Shown piece by piece: positions 12,680-25,420 of a stretch of 64,000 bases of DNA (its first letter is position 1; each line of letters begins with the position of its first letter). The position numbers and the translations under genes are program-made. The notes below the pieces were generated by a model that had not been told where the DNA came from, did no database searches, and was given only the letters and a program-made list of their open reading frames with translations. The stretch is from positions 5,187,152-5,251,151 of the forward strand of contig NC_092066.1 of the NCBI RefSeq assembly GCF_039877785.1, given 5' to 3'. The DNA comes from Chaetodon trifascialis (lineage: Eukaryota).

Positions 12680-15600
12680 CTGCGGAGGAAGAGGAGAAAA
12701 TCACCATCCTGTTCATCCCTCCATCCTTTCATCCACCTCATATACCCAGTGTTCTTCTTAAATATTGCTAGAATCTGTATGTATAACCTGTAAATGCTCA
12801 TTTATTTGGAAAGCAGTAGGGACAGCAGCATCTGAATAACGTCTCTCATCCCTCACAAATCTCTTTGCTATGATTATACACATAATAACAGTGCAAAAAC
12901 CAAAGGAAAAAATCTATAATACATCAAAAGGAAAAGTGCAATGAGTTACAACTTGAGTTTTTGGGAACGTCCAAAAATGCTGCAGGTGTTGCATTTTTTT
13001 AGGGTATGCCCAAAGACTGCATTATACAGACTGATCAGCTGATATTACAACAATATTACCTGCAAAATTCTGCCCTATACAGTATTCTGATTGGCATTTT
13101 GCACTAAATCTGCTTTGATCAACCACTTGACTTGTCAGCTACAGCAGCAGGCAGACACTTATCACAATTCATCTCCACTCTGACTTCACCTCCTTGTCAA
13201 AAATTTGGATTTTCAGGCGGACAGTGTACAACCCCAATTCCAAAAGAGAATGCTAAGTGTGATAGCTTGCTAATCCTTTCTGACATATACTCAATTGAAA
13301 TCAGCACATATATTTAATGTTTTCCCTCATCAGCTTCATTGCTTATTCTGAATTTGATGCAGCAACATGTTTCAAACAAGCAACTAAAGACTGGGAAAGT
13401 TGCAGAATGCTCCAAAAACACCTGCTTGGAATGTTCCACAGGTAAACAGGTTCATAATACATGAACAGGTAAACAGGTCCATAACACATGCCACTCACCT
13501 TCTTCAAATGTAATGTGGTGCATCGAGGCAGAGCTGGTAAACTCCAGGGGGCACTCCTGGATCTTGGCATCTCTCTCTCCCCCATGCCCCGTCCCCAGCG
13601 CCCTCCCCTGGGGGTCCCAGCTATCGTAGTGGGAGTAGGGTGCTGGGCAGATGTCCTGATATGGGCTGGGTTTGGAGGGGGGTGAGGGGCACACCTCCTG
13701 AGGATAAGCAGAGTACTGGGGGTAAGGGGAGGTGGGGATGGGAGGCAGAGGGGAGGTCGAGATGGGACTGCTGGCAGGAAACGGGCTGAGAGAGGAGGAG
13801 TGGGAGGGAGAGGGCGAGGAGGAGAGGTAGGGTGAGTCCAGCCAAGGGGAAGGGGAGGGGGAGGGAGGCTGCGGCCCACGGGGATACAGGGGAGGAAGGA
13901 GCTCAGTGAAGCCCAGCTCCAGATTCTCAAAGCTGGGGTGACGCTCGGACAGGGTTGCCCTTGACCCACTGGGCTCCTCCACTGCAGCGTCGGGTTTAGA
14001 GCAATACTCCTCATGGTATCCCATGGCAGGGCAGGGGGGGGAGTAGGTGGAGGGGTAGGGGGGCAGGTGGAAGCCCAGGGCTCGATCATCAGCCAGGTGT
14101 TCTCCTCTCACGTGGAAGCCCCTGTCCATCCTGGGTTGACCCCCCACAGGACACACAGGCCCCCCATCCAGAGGCAACACAGAGGGCCGGGACAGCAGCG
14201 GGTCCTCCTCTTTGAACATAACTGTGAGGAGAAAACAGTTTAACTGATGTGTGGAAACAATTTTATTTATTCTACTCAATTTCCTCCAATGAAGAATATT
14301 ATTTTTTTGTTTCTGGCTTTTTTTTTAGTTTCAGAAGTTAATTCTTAATTCTGTGGTTCTCCTAATGAACACAATAAGGAGACTTAATTATTTGGAAAAG
14401 TACAATGCAGAGAGGACAATATCGAGGATACATTAAAAAAAAGGTAGATTTTGATGTGAAAAGTGATGTAAAAGCAGAATAAAAACAGCTACAGGAAGAT
14501 GTGTTCTTGGAACAGTGTTTCTATATGTAAATAATGAAGGGAAATACATGTGTGTATTTCTGTGTTTATTAATAAATCAATTAGAGTAAATGTATATTTT
14601 TTGTCTCAGTAGTTATTTGTTTTCATTGTCTTTGGGAAGAAAATCTCCCCTAAACCTGCTGGTGACAGTGTCACCAGAGGAGAATCTCCAAACACACAAA
14701 CAGCGCACACACAACAGAGAGGAGGCACACAGGTGACTCAGGTGAGACTGGACACTCACTGGGCAGATACTTGAAGCAGTGAGTGCTGCTCCTTTTCCTC
14801 TTCCCATTGGAGACGTAAAGACTAACCGACACCGGCCGGCTGACGGACAGGTCGCTGTATGCGGGGACCCTCACGCACAACAAACACTATAACAAACAAG
14901 GGTGTGGAGAGTTACACTCTAACCTGATCAGCGATGAAGAGACTCTTCATCACTTTGCTTTTTTTTTAGACATTTTTTAGACCAATGTCACACAAATTTA
15001 CCTCATTGCTGTTGTCCCGGTCGACGTGAGCCTCCTCCTCCCACTGTAATTTACCATCTAACAGATAAGAACATAAAGTGGAATTAAGTGTAAGCTACAC
15101 ACATACTCACACACATGCACAGAGTCAGTTTAATGAATATAGTTTGCTGTCACAGCGTCACACTAACATTAAAGCTTCAGCAAACCCGGTTGCTTCTACT
15201 CGTAAAGCCTCCATTAGTGGAGGAAGAAGCACTCAGATGTTTTACTGAAGTAAAAGTAGCAAAACTGCAGTGAAAAAACACAAACACAAGTCCTGCATTT
15301 AAACTCTACAAGCACAAAAGTATTAGTATCACAATATACTTAAAGTACTGAAAGTACTCATTGTGCAGAAAGGCCCATTTCAGTATACTGCGTATTACTG
15401 GTGATGCATTGATATGTAAGCATCACTTTAATGTTGCAGCCGGTAAAGGTGGAGCTCATTTAAATTACTTCATCAACGGCTGGGTGGCTTAATCTATCTA
15501 TTAATAACACATTCTGATTTATTAGTTGATTATATTTTGTATCAGTGTTTTGAATCTAAATAACTAAAGCAGCCAAATAAATGTGGAGGAATAAAAAGTG

Positions 15601-18600
15601 CAATACTTTCCTCCAAAATGTAATGGAGTAGAAGTATCATGTAATGGAAACACTCAAGTAAAGTAAAAGTGCCTCAAAATTGTACTTACGTACAGTACTT
15701 GAGTAAAAGTATTTAGTTACATTGCACTACTTCATATCAGCTGAGAACATCCAAAGAAACATAGAAAGGCTGAATTGTCTGAGGAAAAAACAAACTGGAT
15801 GCGGTCATGTGATTTTTAAAAGAGCTGCTGGTTTTTAACCTCAAAGTTACGGATGTAAAAGTTGATGAGATCTCCAGCATGAGTGCTGCTGGCCAGAATA
15901 AATACTGATTAGTTTGTAAACCCTACTCCTTCTCTCTGAAAATGTTTTTGTTTTTTGTTTTTTTTAAACATTTTATGTCGATACATCTGCTAAAATTTCT
16001 TTAAGATCAATAAAGATCTAAGATCTTTCTGTCCCTCTTAGACTTTAAACTCTTGAACTTTTTTCTTCCTTATTTACAAAAACTAAAAATAGAACAGCTG
16101 TTTTTCTTCCCAGAGACAGAAAAAGACCACAAAGCAACATTAGAACGGATTCTGTGTCCTGTGTGGACCTTTACCTGTCCCCCTCTCCATGAAAAGGACT
16201 CTGGAGATTGGCAGGAAGTTAGAGCCGCTCAGCAGAAGCTCCTCCCCTCCCTCCACGGAGCAGGAAGTGAGACTGACGGACTCGATGACGGGCAGCTCCT
16301 GAGCCGAACGCTGGGCTGAGACGGGGACAGTCAAGCAAATGAAACATCACTTCCGCTGCCACTAAACATGCTGCTGATTGAAAGCACCTCCGAGTGGTGA
16401 TGCACGCCACAAACTTAACACACAGCAGCTTTAACAACCCCTTTGCACTGAAATCTCAATAAAACTGCATCTGACCAGCTACTCACAGCACTCAATGGGC
16501 AGGGAGGCAACCTGCAGAGCCAGGACCCGACCAGGCGGGGCCACAGGGGGCGCTAGAGGGAGGTGAGTACGAAAAACCAAACGGACACGCGTGTTCTTCC
16601 TCCCCACATCCGTTTCTCCTTTCCTCAGCTCGATGTCCGAGTTCCTCAGCTTCAGAATCCCTGCGCAGTCGATGCTGTGACACAAAGAAGTACTTTTAAA
16701 CTGTAACCTTCACATTCATACAGCTGAGCCGCGCTGTCAGCAGCTGAAATGCATCAGTGGTTATGTTTGAGGGTCATGGAGTCTAAATGATCATGCTCAA
16801 TAATATGCACACATAGAAACCCTCTCTCTGCTACTTACAGTGCAGTCATGTTGTTCTCAGGGGTGAGGGGGATGTCCAGCAGTTTGGTGCCCACCTGGAT
16901 GCTCTCATGACTGGCAGTTCCCACCATCTTCCCTGTCACTCTGAGAGGGGAGAAACAGCTCAATTTAACGGCCCTGCATTTAGTTTTTATGCTGGATCCT
17001 ACAACCCTGAGCAGGATAAGACGCTACAGATCGACTGTGACATTTGATCTGTGATTTAAATCATTCATCAAGCAAAATATGTTTAATATTTGCAGCTTTC
17101 AGCTACTTAAATGTAAAGATTTTCAGATTTTTTTCTCCGTTATGTATCACTGAAAAGTTTAATAATTTGGATTTTGGAGGAAACAAGCAATGCCATCTTA
17201 GGGCTCCAAAACTTGCTGAGGTAGAATAAGAGCATAAACGAGGGCCTACAGTGGCTCTGCGTCTCTGAGGCACCTCGTCTGGAGTTTAAATGAATTTCTG
17301 TTGCTCTTCTGTGCCATTGTATTCAAAGGCCTTGCATGTTCAGCATTAAGCTGATGTAATCATCCAGAGCAATTTATATTAAAAACAACTGGTGCAAGAA
17401 ATTTCCTGGACCGACACTAGAAGCAGCTTGTGGTGAGTTACGCAATGGTTAAAGCCACAGTGGTCAGATAACGATTATGCAGTACGCTGTGTGGCCTTGA
17501 ATATTAATGTACCTTAGAGGGAAGCTTGGTAATAAGCTTGATCTCAAATTGAAATACAGCTGAGTACCTGTGTATCTGGTAGAAAGGATGAGGCCGGATC
17601 GATCGGTCGTCAGCTGTTCCAACGAAAACCTGAAGAGAGAGCGGCTTCCTCTCTGTGTATCCACACAGCTGTACAGAGAGACACAGGGAGGGGGACGAAA
17701 TCAAACCGTGACAAGGCCAACGGCAGTGAGCCACAAAGCATGTCCAAAGACTTTATTCCGGTATTATGAGAACTAAATGTCTGCTTCAGCTTCAACGGAA
17801 ATAGCCTCCTTATAAAAGCATCTAGATTGTGAATGTGTAGGTTTGTGCAGCTGCTGAAATCTGCAGGTTTGGCTCCCACCTTGACGAGGGGATGTCCTGT
17901 CGGTGCAGCCTTGACGGCTCCTCTGCTCCCCTCGGTCTCATAGTGGGCTCTGTGGTGAGGACGGGGCTGCACCTCAATACGCAGCTCGTACTGGTCAAAC
18001 TGGGACGGCAGCGGCCAGTCGAGAGGCGGCAGGGCGTTAGACCTACAAGAGTATAACATCAAAAACATTAGACACTCGTGAGCATGGAAGGAGCACACCA
18101 GTTACCAATGAAAATCTAGTTTATAGGCCAAATAATGCAAACATGACAGAGGGACTTTTTGGATTTAGTCATCTGGTTGAATAAATGATCATTTGAGTGT
18201 GTGTGAATCCAGACTGTTTACGGCGCTGATCCCTGAGCATCAGAAAATACTCAACAAAATCCATTTGCACATCTCTGCAAAGTAGACGGTGATGCAAGCT
18301 TGGAGATGTAACGACCACAGACACGTCTTGCCATCGCTGCTGGTTATAGCTTGTTTTATTCTCAAGGGTATGAAGAGAAAATCTCTATTGCTGTTACTTT
18401 TCATCCCACCAATATAAAATTGAACGGTGCAAAAACAGCTAACTTTTAAACCAATTTTTAATTTGGTTAACCGTCTTTAACACAGCACCAATATGTTGAG
18501 CCTCACACTGTGACGTCTTTGATGGATATTATCGCGTGTGTTGGGGTGTATGCTTGCCTGAACAGAGGGCTGTGGGCGCTGGCTCGGGTCCGGCCCCAGG

Positions 18601-21600
18601 CTAGAGCAGGGGGCACAGAGAGGTAGTCCATGCCCATCGAGGGGGGCTCCCTCCTGGTCTGCTGGGTCTCTGGCAGCAGGCAGGGGGAGCTGTGGCCTGG
18701 AGCCTGCTCCTGGTCCACCTCCCTGGGAGACAACTGGAAAACAAAAAGCATGTTTCAGTACTTTAATGTGACGCTGATTTTTAAATACTCGACATCTAAA
18801 TAATCTTTAATACGGAGCAAACGTCTTTACCTGCTCCAGCGATGTCTTCCTGGTTTTCTGTGGGATGCTGAGCTCACAGCTGCTGGGTGGAGCTTGTGAC
18901 AGAGTGATGGAGTCTCCACCCTCAAGGTTGCATCCCTGCAGGTCCTCTGAGTAGCTGCTCCTCCGTGAGGTACAGGGGGAGGCCAGGGGGGAGTTTCTAC
19001 GCTTTTTACCCCCAGGGGAGGTGGGCCTCGAGGACGGGGAGAGTCCAAAGTTGATCGTGGCCTCATTCAGCTCCTCCTCCTCCACCAGCAGGGAGTCGCA
19101 GCTGGAGGCGGGGCTGAGCCAGCCACGGGAGGAGGGGCTGGAGGCGGGGCTGGGACTGAGGGAGCCGGGGCATCTGTCGCGGTAAGAAAAGGGATCCAGC
19201 AGGGGGAGGTAGAGACGCTCTCGGTCCCACCCACCACCGCTGCCCATGTCCCAGTAACTGGATATAGTGGGTGCTTTGTCGTCCTCAGGGGAGATGGTGG
19301 TTATCTGGATGCTGGGACACTCCACCACACGAGACTCTGAAACCTGGAGGGAAGATGAGCGTGAGCAAGAGATCGCTTTGATTTCATATTGACTCAGACG
19401 ACAGACAGGAAATGACACATATTCAGCAATTATTTAACAAGCAAAGTTGCAAAAGCTTGCTTCTTCCAGCTTCTCAAATCTCAAAATTTGCTGCTTTTCT
19501 CTAGTTTTCAATATTGGAAATTGAGTAACTTTTAGATTTTGGTACTTTTGTTTTGACAAAAAAGCAACGTGAAGATGTCACATGGCCTGTTTTGGCAAAG
19601 CTGTATTATTATCAGCATAAAGTGAGGCAGGTGAGAAAAGGAACTGCTTAAGTCTCTGATTAAGTAGCTTTGCCTTAGTTCTAAATGAGGCAATCTCAAC
19701 TTGTGACCATTACATCATTGGTGGGTAGCTGTAAAAATGTGTGTGAGTGATAATGTTTGTCATTGTATGGAGAAAGGCAGCATGTGAGTGCTCTGCAAAC
19801 TGTACACAACAGGTGTTCTCACCTGCACAGAGCGCGCCGGCAGGCTCTCATAGGTCCCGCTGAACTCTCTGACGGGGGCTCGCCGCGGGGGCGGGGAATG
19901 CATCCCAGCTCGCTGATTGGCTGAGGGCGGCGGGCTGGGGATGCTGATTGAGTGTCCTGCGTGAGTGGCAGCCGTGTGGTTATCTGTGACTGAGAGAAAG
20001 AATTATCAGACTGAATGCGTGGAGACGTGACAACAACTGGCACCAGAACAGGATTTAGAGAATGAAATAGCAAACATCAGAAGTTCAGAGCACAGACTGA
20101 AAGTGTGTGACAGCACCCACAGTTTGCACTTGTTGACAAAAGATGGTGTTAAAAACACCAATAATCAAATGCTGTAAACATTTACTGTGTGTTCACTTTC
20201 CTAATGCACACCTTTACTTCCACATGGCAGCAATTTATTTTCTGGCTCTTTCTAGTAAGAAAATGCAACATTTTTTTGTTTCATTCAAACACATTTTCTT
20301 TTTATATCACATTTTGTGGGTTTTGGCCTCATGTGACCTCCCATTAATCTTTCCTCACAGCCACAAACTGACAGTTAGCTATCGAAACCTGCTGTTCTCT
20401 TACATCTGGCATGAGAAAGGCTCATTAGATGTCAATCAAACTACTATAAACACAATTTGTGGTAAGTAAAGAATCGTTTTTTATCATCAACACGCATACA
20501 TCATTCATTACGCATCAGTTTTTCTTCATTTGCTGATCTGTAATTGTTGCCATATGCAAAATGCATGCAACTGGAACTCTTCCTCAGGAAGTGCACAGTA
20601 AATAGCTGTGTCTCCATCAGCGTAGTTTTAGGCACTTTTTGAAGTATCACATTAGAAAAGGTTGATGGAAACTGCAAAATCCAAGAAAACTTCCACAGTT
20701 TCGCAAAGAAGTTTTTGCACTCGCTTGATTTTTGCCTTTTTCAAATAAAGAATTAATGCACTTAATAGGAGATGGAAACTCCTTTTCCAATTAAGTTCTG
20801 ACGTAGCAAACCTTTAGCTCACATGGCCGTTCAGCTGTTTCAAAGAAGAGGAAGAAGCTGTTTCTGCTGTTGGAGTCTTCCCGGATAACGTGCAAAAACA
20901 TGGCTGACAGTAGTAAACGTTCATGTGGACCGAAGAGGTGCACACACTTTCTTCTTCTTCTTTGAGGTTTATTGGTGGTTGGTGAACATCTGGTTTTGTG
21001 TCTACTTCTTCTACTCTGTTTTTTTACAACCATGCGTAACATCGCCAATACCACCAACGTGGTGTAGCCTAGTTTATTCGCTCCAAACCGGTCAATTAAA
21101 AAGTGCTTAACTCACAGTATATCTTTCTTTTGCGACATTTCAAAGGTTTCCTTCAGATTTTCTGGACAATTAGATGAAGACACTGCCAATGTCTTTGCGG
21201 TAAGTGCAGCATTTTTGTCACTTTTAATATAAAGACATTTTGGAAAAATAATTATTAGCTTTCCTGCTAAGTGTTGGGTGTTCAGAATGACACCACTCTC
21301 ACATCTATATGATAAATATGAAGCTGGAGCCAAGATGTGGTTAGCTTAGCTTAGCATAGAGACTGGAAACAGGGGGAAACAGCTAGCCTGGCTCTGTCGA
21401 AAGGTAATAAAATCCGCCTGCCTCTAAAGCTCACTAACTGCCACAGTAGGTCTTGAGTGCACAAAAACAAAAGTGTAAAAGTCACATGTTGCAGTATAAA
21501 GGGGGTTGTGTGCTACACTAGCTGTTTCCCTCTGTTTCAAGTCTTTATGCTGAGCTAAGCTAACCTTGACAACATGAGGTGGAGGAACTCTTGGTAAGAA

Positions 21601-24600
21601 AGTGAATAAATAATTTCAAAAATGTCAAACTACTGCTTTAAGTTACATACACTGATATTGAATTACATGAAGGCTACCTTGATTTAACTTTTATTCTTTA
21701 ATACTTCTTTACGTTGTCTTTTCTTGTTCACCTCACATAGATGACTACATTTTTATTTGATGGTATTTATTGGTAATTATTTTACAATATATTTCTACAA
21801 TCTGCTCAGAAACATTAAAAGTTATTACAAACTGTACATCAGATTTCAATAGTATAAAAACATCTAGGATTATCGCAGGATATCATAGTAGGATCTGGTT
21901 TTATATTCCATAATCTCACAAAGTCATGTGGAAATAATTTACTAAACACCAAATTAAAGTCTACTTCGAGTGTGAAGAAGTATTTCAATACATGTTTTCC
22001 ATGTATTATACTCACAAATGGTGCAATTAAGGGTGAAGTGAGAGTTGTAAGCAAATCATGAAGTTTATTTTTGGCTCACTGATCCAAATCTTAAACTGCT
22101 CAGAGTCTTGACCTCTGCTGCTAATCTGTACATTATCAGGATGATCTGAGGCTATCCTACATCTCTGCTTTAAAAATTTCAGGAAACATTCTCAGATGTT
22201 TGACTTTGCCGAAAGAATCATCTGAATGAGGACACGACCCCTCAAGGCCACAGTCCTCACCACAAAATTTCCCCAGCGTGGTGTGGTCGGCCTCCACGTG
22301 GAGCCAAACAGTAGTTACTGTGTAATGAGCGAGGCTCCAACTGATCATTGTTGCGCTGCAGTGGCGGCCCATACACGCAATTTTTGGGCAACGCGGACAC
22401 ACAACAGCAACTGCCAACAAATTAAGACTCGGGGTGAACAATCTCTTCAAATGTTTCCTGGCAACAGAAATATTTCCAAGTGATTAAAGCTGCAGCGCTG
22501 AGGCAACTCTTCTGCTGGATTTTTCACATGAAACAATGATTTAGATGTTTGTGTACAGACCAGCAGAGGAGTTTATGAGGCACGAAAACGTACCTAACAC
22601 TTATTGAACACAACAAAGCTCGTTTCAAGTGTGCAGGATCTAATACGCTGACATATTTTATTCTGTGTCCCGAGTTGAACCTCTCAAAGAAAATGATGTT
22701 TACATCAGTTTCCCAAACTGTGTCTCACATGGGACCACCAGATGATTCGCAAGAAAGCAAAAAAACACATATTTTTGGTACACAAACACAAATTTAATTG
22801 TATTTTTTCAGACCAGCTGGTGATTTATTTCTTTTTAAGTCTTCTAACTGTTTTAGGAAGCAATAATTTGTTTGTGTCCAGACCAGCAGAACAGTTTATC
22901 ATGACCAAAAGTTACCTGAACCTCATCTGAAGTCTAACAGATCTAAAATAACGTTTATGTACAGACCAATTCCGGGTTGCCCCAGATATTCTCAGATATG
23001 CCCAGATATTCATAAATCCTTCGCTAAGTTGTGTGAAGTCCTGCCTGAATTCTTTGTAGCTACTAGCTTTCAAAGCAATGAATTAATAAAACTTTAGGAG
23101 TAAAGACTTGAGCTCTGTCCAATGAAAAACACTCAGCTATGTAAACAGGAAGTTAGCGTAGCATCACAAGCTGAAATACACCCTTCAAACATAACATCTT
23201 TAAGAGGCCAGATGATGTTTTAAACTTGACTGTGAAAGTGAATTCATATGTGTGTTTATGTAGAAATCATCTGTGTTAAGAATGTGTGGAAAATATCTAA
23301 TTAAACTAATCTAGCCGACAGTATTTGGTTGTTCTGATGAATGTGAAGCATTGTGAGATAAATAACAGAGACAGCAAAGCACAAAAAAAGAAACACTATG
23401 TTGATTTTGTCCGATTTTCCACCAGTTATTGCATTTTTCTTGTAAATAAATAGCAAATTTGACCTCATACATTTAATATTCTGTAACACACTCATAAAGA
23501 GTGAGAATCAGAGACTAGTCGGGGGTCAGGACCCTCACAAGGGGTCATAAGATGAATCTGATGGGTCCTGTGGTAATGAGTAAACAGCCATATTGATATT
23601 TCCAGACAGAGCTCCAAAAGAGTTAATTACTAACAACATTTCCTGACAGTCAGCCTCATCAACTCAAAAAGAAAAGTCTCTAAAGTTTTATACTGTGAGG
23701 CTTTATTCTGTCTCCTCAGTTGAACCTCAAACAAGACACAAAATTATATTCTTCTCAGACATTCCTTGAACTGTTGCAATTTCCATGCAAATTAATTAGG
23801 AATTTCTCTCTTCAGACTCTCTTCTATAAACAGCGGCTGAATCATTTAGATGTTAAATAAGTTAATCTTTTCTTTTGAGAAGTGTAATGGATAAAATAAA
23901 TAACAGATTATTCTGTGTCCTGAATTGAACCATGTCAACAAAAAAGATCTTTAGATCAGTGCTTCCCAACCTGTGGGTCGGGAACCTGTCCAGGGGTCGC
24001 AAAACAAATCTGAGAGCTCGTGCAGTTTATTCATCACCGTCATTACAAAATACAGCGTTTCCGTGCTGTCGACTGAGCTTCTCGCACCACAACACTCTCC
24101 GGCCTCATGTTACTGTGTATAAAAATGATTCCAAGGATTGCAGGCAGCGAAATACACAGACTTTGAATTTGGGAGAAACAGAGCAGTGGCTCTCATTTGA
24201 TGAACCAGGAGAGAAAAACAGGGATCGGCGCCGCCCAACATTTTGCCTCTTCAGACATTTAAAAGTTATTCAACTAAAGAAAAGTTAATTACTGTTTGGT
24301 CGAACTGGTCACAACTGGTAGACACACCAAACCTCCGTTCTAAGCAAAAAACGTTTTGCCCCTCTGGTTTGCATGTTACATCAATAGAGCCATGTGGTCA
24401 GCTGAGGACATACTGTAAATGTGAACATGGAAGTGGCATGAGGAGAGCTGACAGCAAGGTTTATGCTCCGAAAAGTAAATCTGCATCACCTAGAGTGAAG
24501 AATCGCTCTCTTGTTTCTCCAGCAGTTCACTTTCATGCACTGGGTGTGGTAATGCAACTGTATGCCAGTGTGGGCGGGAAACAAATGAAAGAGGGGATGT

Positions 24601-25385
24601 GAGGATATGAGGTGTGTGTTTGTGAGTGTGTTTGTGTGTGTGGAGTGAAAAGGAGGATGGAGGCTGAGCGAGGGAGGGAGGGAGGGAGGGAGGGAGGGAG
24701 GTGTGTATGTGGTGCGTGTTCAGTACACAGAGGTTGAGGTTCCTTCCCAGATGGCAGCTGTTAACTCTACTCACACGCACAGCTGATTAGAAACACATTG
24801 AGTCTGGGGCTGCACGCACACGCGCGCGCGCGCACACACACACGCAAACGCGCTCACAAACAGGAATACACTCAAATATGCGCACACGTGCACACGGCAC
24901 ACAAAGCAAACACACAATAACAATATACACATGCTCACATGCTTACAGATGGAGGCACGCACACACAACACATGCAAGATCAAACACACACAGACACACA
25001 CACACATAAGCACAGGCATGCAGATGAAGGGCCTCATTATGGCACATGCGCATGCAACCGTAACTACACATGCGCGCGCACAGAAGTTCCCATGCATTAA
25101 CCCGCAGTGACAGGCCGCTCAGACCTCCTCTATCCAGTGTGTCCCTTTACTTCAGCACATTCAACCATCCAATAAATGACTCTAACCCAGGCTGCTGCTG
25201 CTGCTGCTGGAGGGGTCCAGGTGCAACAGGGCGCCCTCACTCTCCTCCCCGGGAATGGAGCTCTCCGGCTCGGCCGTGCGCACCGGGGATGGTCCCTGAC
25301 TCTGCCGCGGCGGCGGGTCCTCCTCAAACACCAACTTGAACTCAAACTCGCCCTCCTCCCAGCCCGAGCCCGGCGCGGCCCCCAT
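12609..25385 (-). CDS. nfatc4: Nuclear factor of activated T-cells cytoplasmic 4 (nfatc4) gene span, 13 coding exons, about 870 aa. Exons on the minus strand: 25301-25385, 19823-19989, 18831-19343, 18558-18733, 17880-18042, 17568-17668, 16839-16940, 16487-16674, 16175-16315, 15002-15057, 14760-14886, 13499-14221, 12609-12679.
   Basis: The N-terminus [23 protein letters not shown] matches human NFATC4 MGAASCEDEELEFKLVFGEE, and [11 protein letters not shown] is shared. A calcineurin-docking motif CPSIQIT and SP-rich repeats are present. The Rel-homology exons match human closely ([96 protein letters not shown]). The C-terminal [12 protein letters not shown] resembles human EEVSEIIGRDLS. The summed exon lengths give an integer 871 codons. 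Confidence 0.85.
13499..14221 (-). CDS. nfatc4: nfatc4 exon 10: Pro/Ser-rich C-terminal transactivation region.
   Basis: Acceptor ttttctcctcacag, donor GAAGAAG|GTGAGT. Encodes [10 protein letters not shown]... followed by low-complexity SP-rich sequence. Confidence 0.75.
14760..14886 (-). CDS. nfatc4: nfatc4 exon 9.
   Basis: Acceptor ttgtttgttatag, donor CCCA|GTGAGT. Encodes [42 protein letters not shown], matching human VTLTLTVPEYSNKRVSRPVQVYFYVSNGRRKRSPTQSFRFLP. Confidence 0.75.
15002..15057 (-). CDS. nfatc4: nfatc4 exon 8.
   Basis: Acceptor tatctgttag, donor AATGAG|GTAAAT. Encodes [19 protein letters not shown]. Confidence 0.8.
16175..16315 (-). CDS. nfatc4: nfatc4 exon 7.
   Basis: Acceptor ccccgtctcag, donor GACAG|GTAAAG. 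Encodes [47 protein letters not shown]. Confidence 0.8.
16487..16674 (-). CDS. nfatc4: nfatc4 exon 6.
   Basis: Acceptor tgtgtcacag, donor TGCT|GTGAGT. Encodes [39 protein letters not shown]...[10 protein letters not shown]. Confidence 0.8.
16839..16940 (-). CDS. nfatc4: nfatc4 exon 5.
   Basis: Acceptor ctctcag, donor CACT|GTAAGT. Encodes [34 protein letters not shown]. Confidence 0.8.
17568..17668 (-). CDS. nfatc4: nfatc4 exon 4.
   Basis: Acceptor ctctgtacag, donor CACAG|GTACTC. Encodes [34 protein letters not shown]. Confidence 0.8.
17880..18042 (-). CDS. nfatc4: nfatc4 exon 3: start of the Rel-homology domain.
   Basis: Acceptor tcttgtag, donor AAG|GTGGGA. Encodes [54 protein letters not shown]. 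Confidence 0.85.
18558..18733 (-). CDS. nfatc4: nfatc4 exon 2c, ending at a GC donor (GC-AG intron).
   Basis: Acceptor ttttccag. Encodes [10 protein letters not shown]...[25 protein letters not shown], matching human MDYLAVPSPLAWSKARIGGHSPIFR. The only phase-compatible donor is TTCAG|GCAAGC. Confidence 0.75.
18831..19343 (-). CDS. nfatc4: nfatc4 exon 2b: regulatory domain with the PSIQIT calcineurin-binding site and SP-repeat motifs.
   Basis: Acceptor ccctccag, donor GAGCAG|GTAAAG. The exon is 513 nt with phase 0 at both ends. It encodes [22 protein letters not shown]...[23 protein letters not shown]...[12 protein letters not shown]. Confidence 0.85.
19823..19989 (-). CDS. nfatc4: nfatc4 exon 2a.
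   Basis: Acceptor ctttctctcag, donor CAG|GTGAGA. Encodes ...[34 protein letters not shown], which aligns to human ...[26 protein letters not shown]. Confidence 0.75.
21340..21565. mobile_element. MITE-like palindromic element (terminal inverted repeats of about 48 bp around a roughly 120-bp core) in nfatc4 intron 1.
   Basis: The left arm ggttagcttagcttagcatagagactggaaacagggggaaacagctagc is the reverse complement of the right arm gctagctgtttccctctgtttcaagtctttatgctgagctaagctaacc, with a few mismatches. Confidence 0.55.
22440..23000 (+). repeat. Imperfect tandem/dispersed repeat block in nfatc4 intron 1; units share gtttgtgtacagaccagcaga..gtttat..ac.aaa.gtacctaac.
   Basis: Three related units lie at about 22545-22600, 22865-22920 and 22950-22980. 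The motif ttattctgtgtcc(c/t)gaattgaacc recurs at 22655, 23705 and 23910. Confidence 0.45.
24671..24701 (+). repeat. (AGGG)7-8 microsatellite, followed by a CA/GC-rich low-complexity tract (24800-25090) upstream of nfatc4 exon 1.
   Basis: agggagggagggagggagggagggagggagg. Confidence 0.85.
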
Positions 25386-25420
25386 CGCCCTCCGGCAGCA
25401 AGGACAGGATACAGATCGAG
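25100..25420. promoter_or_regulatory. nfatc4: CpG island spanning nfatc4 coding exon 1, with an embedded (CTG)6 at 25192-25210 (Leu/Ala-rich in alternative frames). It is the likely core promoter/first-exon region.
   Basis: Very high GC content with dense CG dinucleotides (ccgcggcggcgggtcc, ggcgcggcccccatcgccctccgg), in contrast to the AT-rich surroundings. It contains the NFATC4 initiator ATG. Confidence 0.6.
25301..25385 (-). CDS. nfatc4: nfatc4 coding exon 1. The ATG is at 25385-25383; the exon ends in phase 1 at a candidate GTCAGG donor.
   Basis: Encodes [28 protein letters not shown]. It lies in a GC-rich CpG island. The donor choice is the least certain part of this gene model. Confidence 0.6.

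Noticed and set aside
13343-14089. 248-aa and 74-aa ORFs on the minus strand (Pro-rich, [10 protein letters not shown]...) overlapping the nfatc4 C-terminal exon.
   Set aside because: They are alternative frames of the low-complexity Pro/Ser-rich nfatc4 exon 10. Only the frame giving MFKEEDPLL...[12 protein letters not shown] is colinear with NFATC4.
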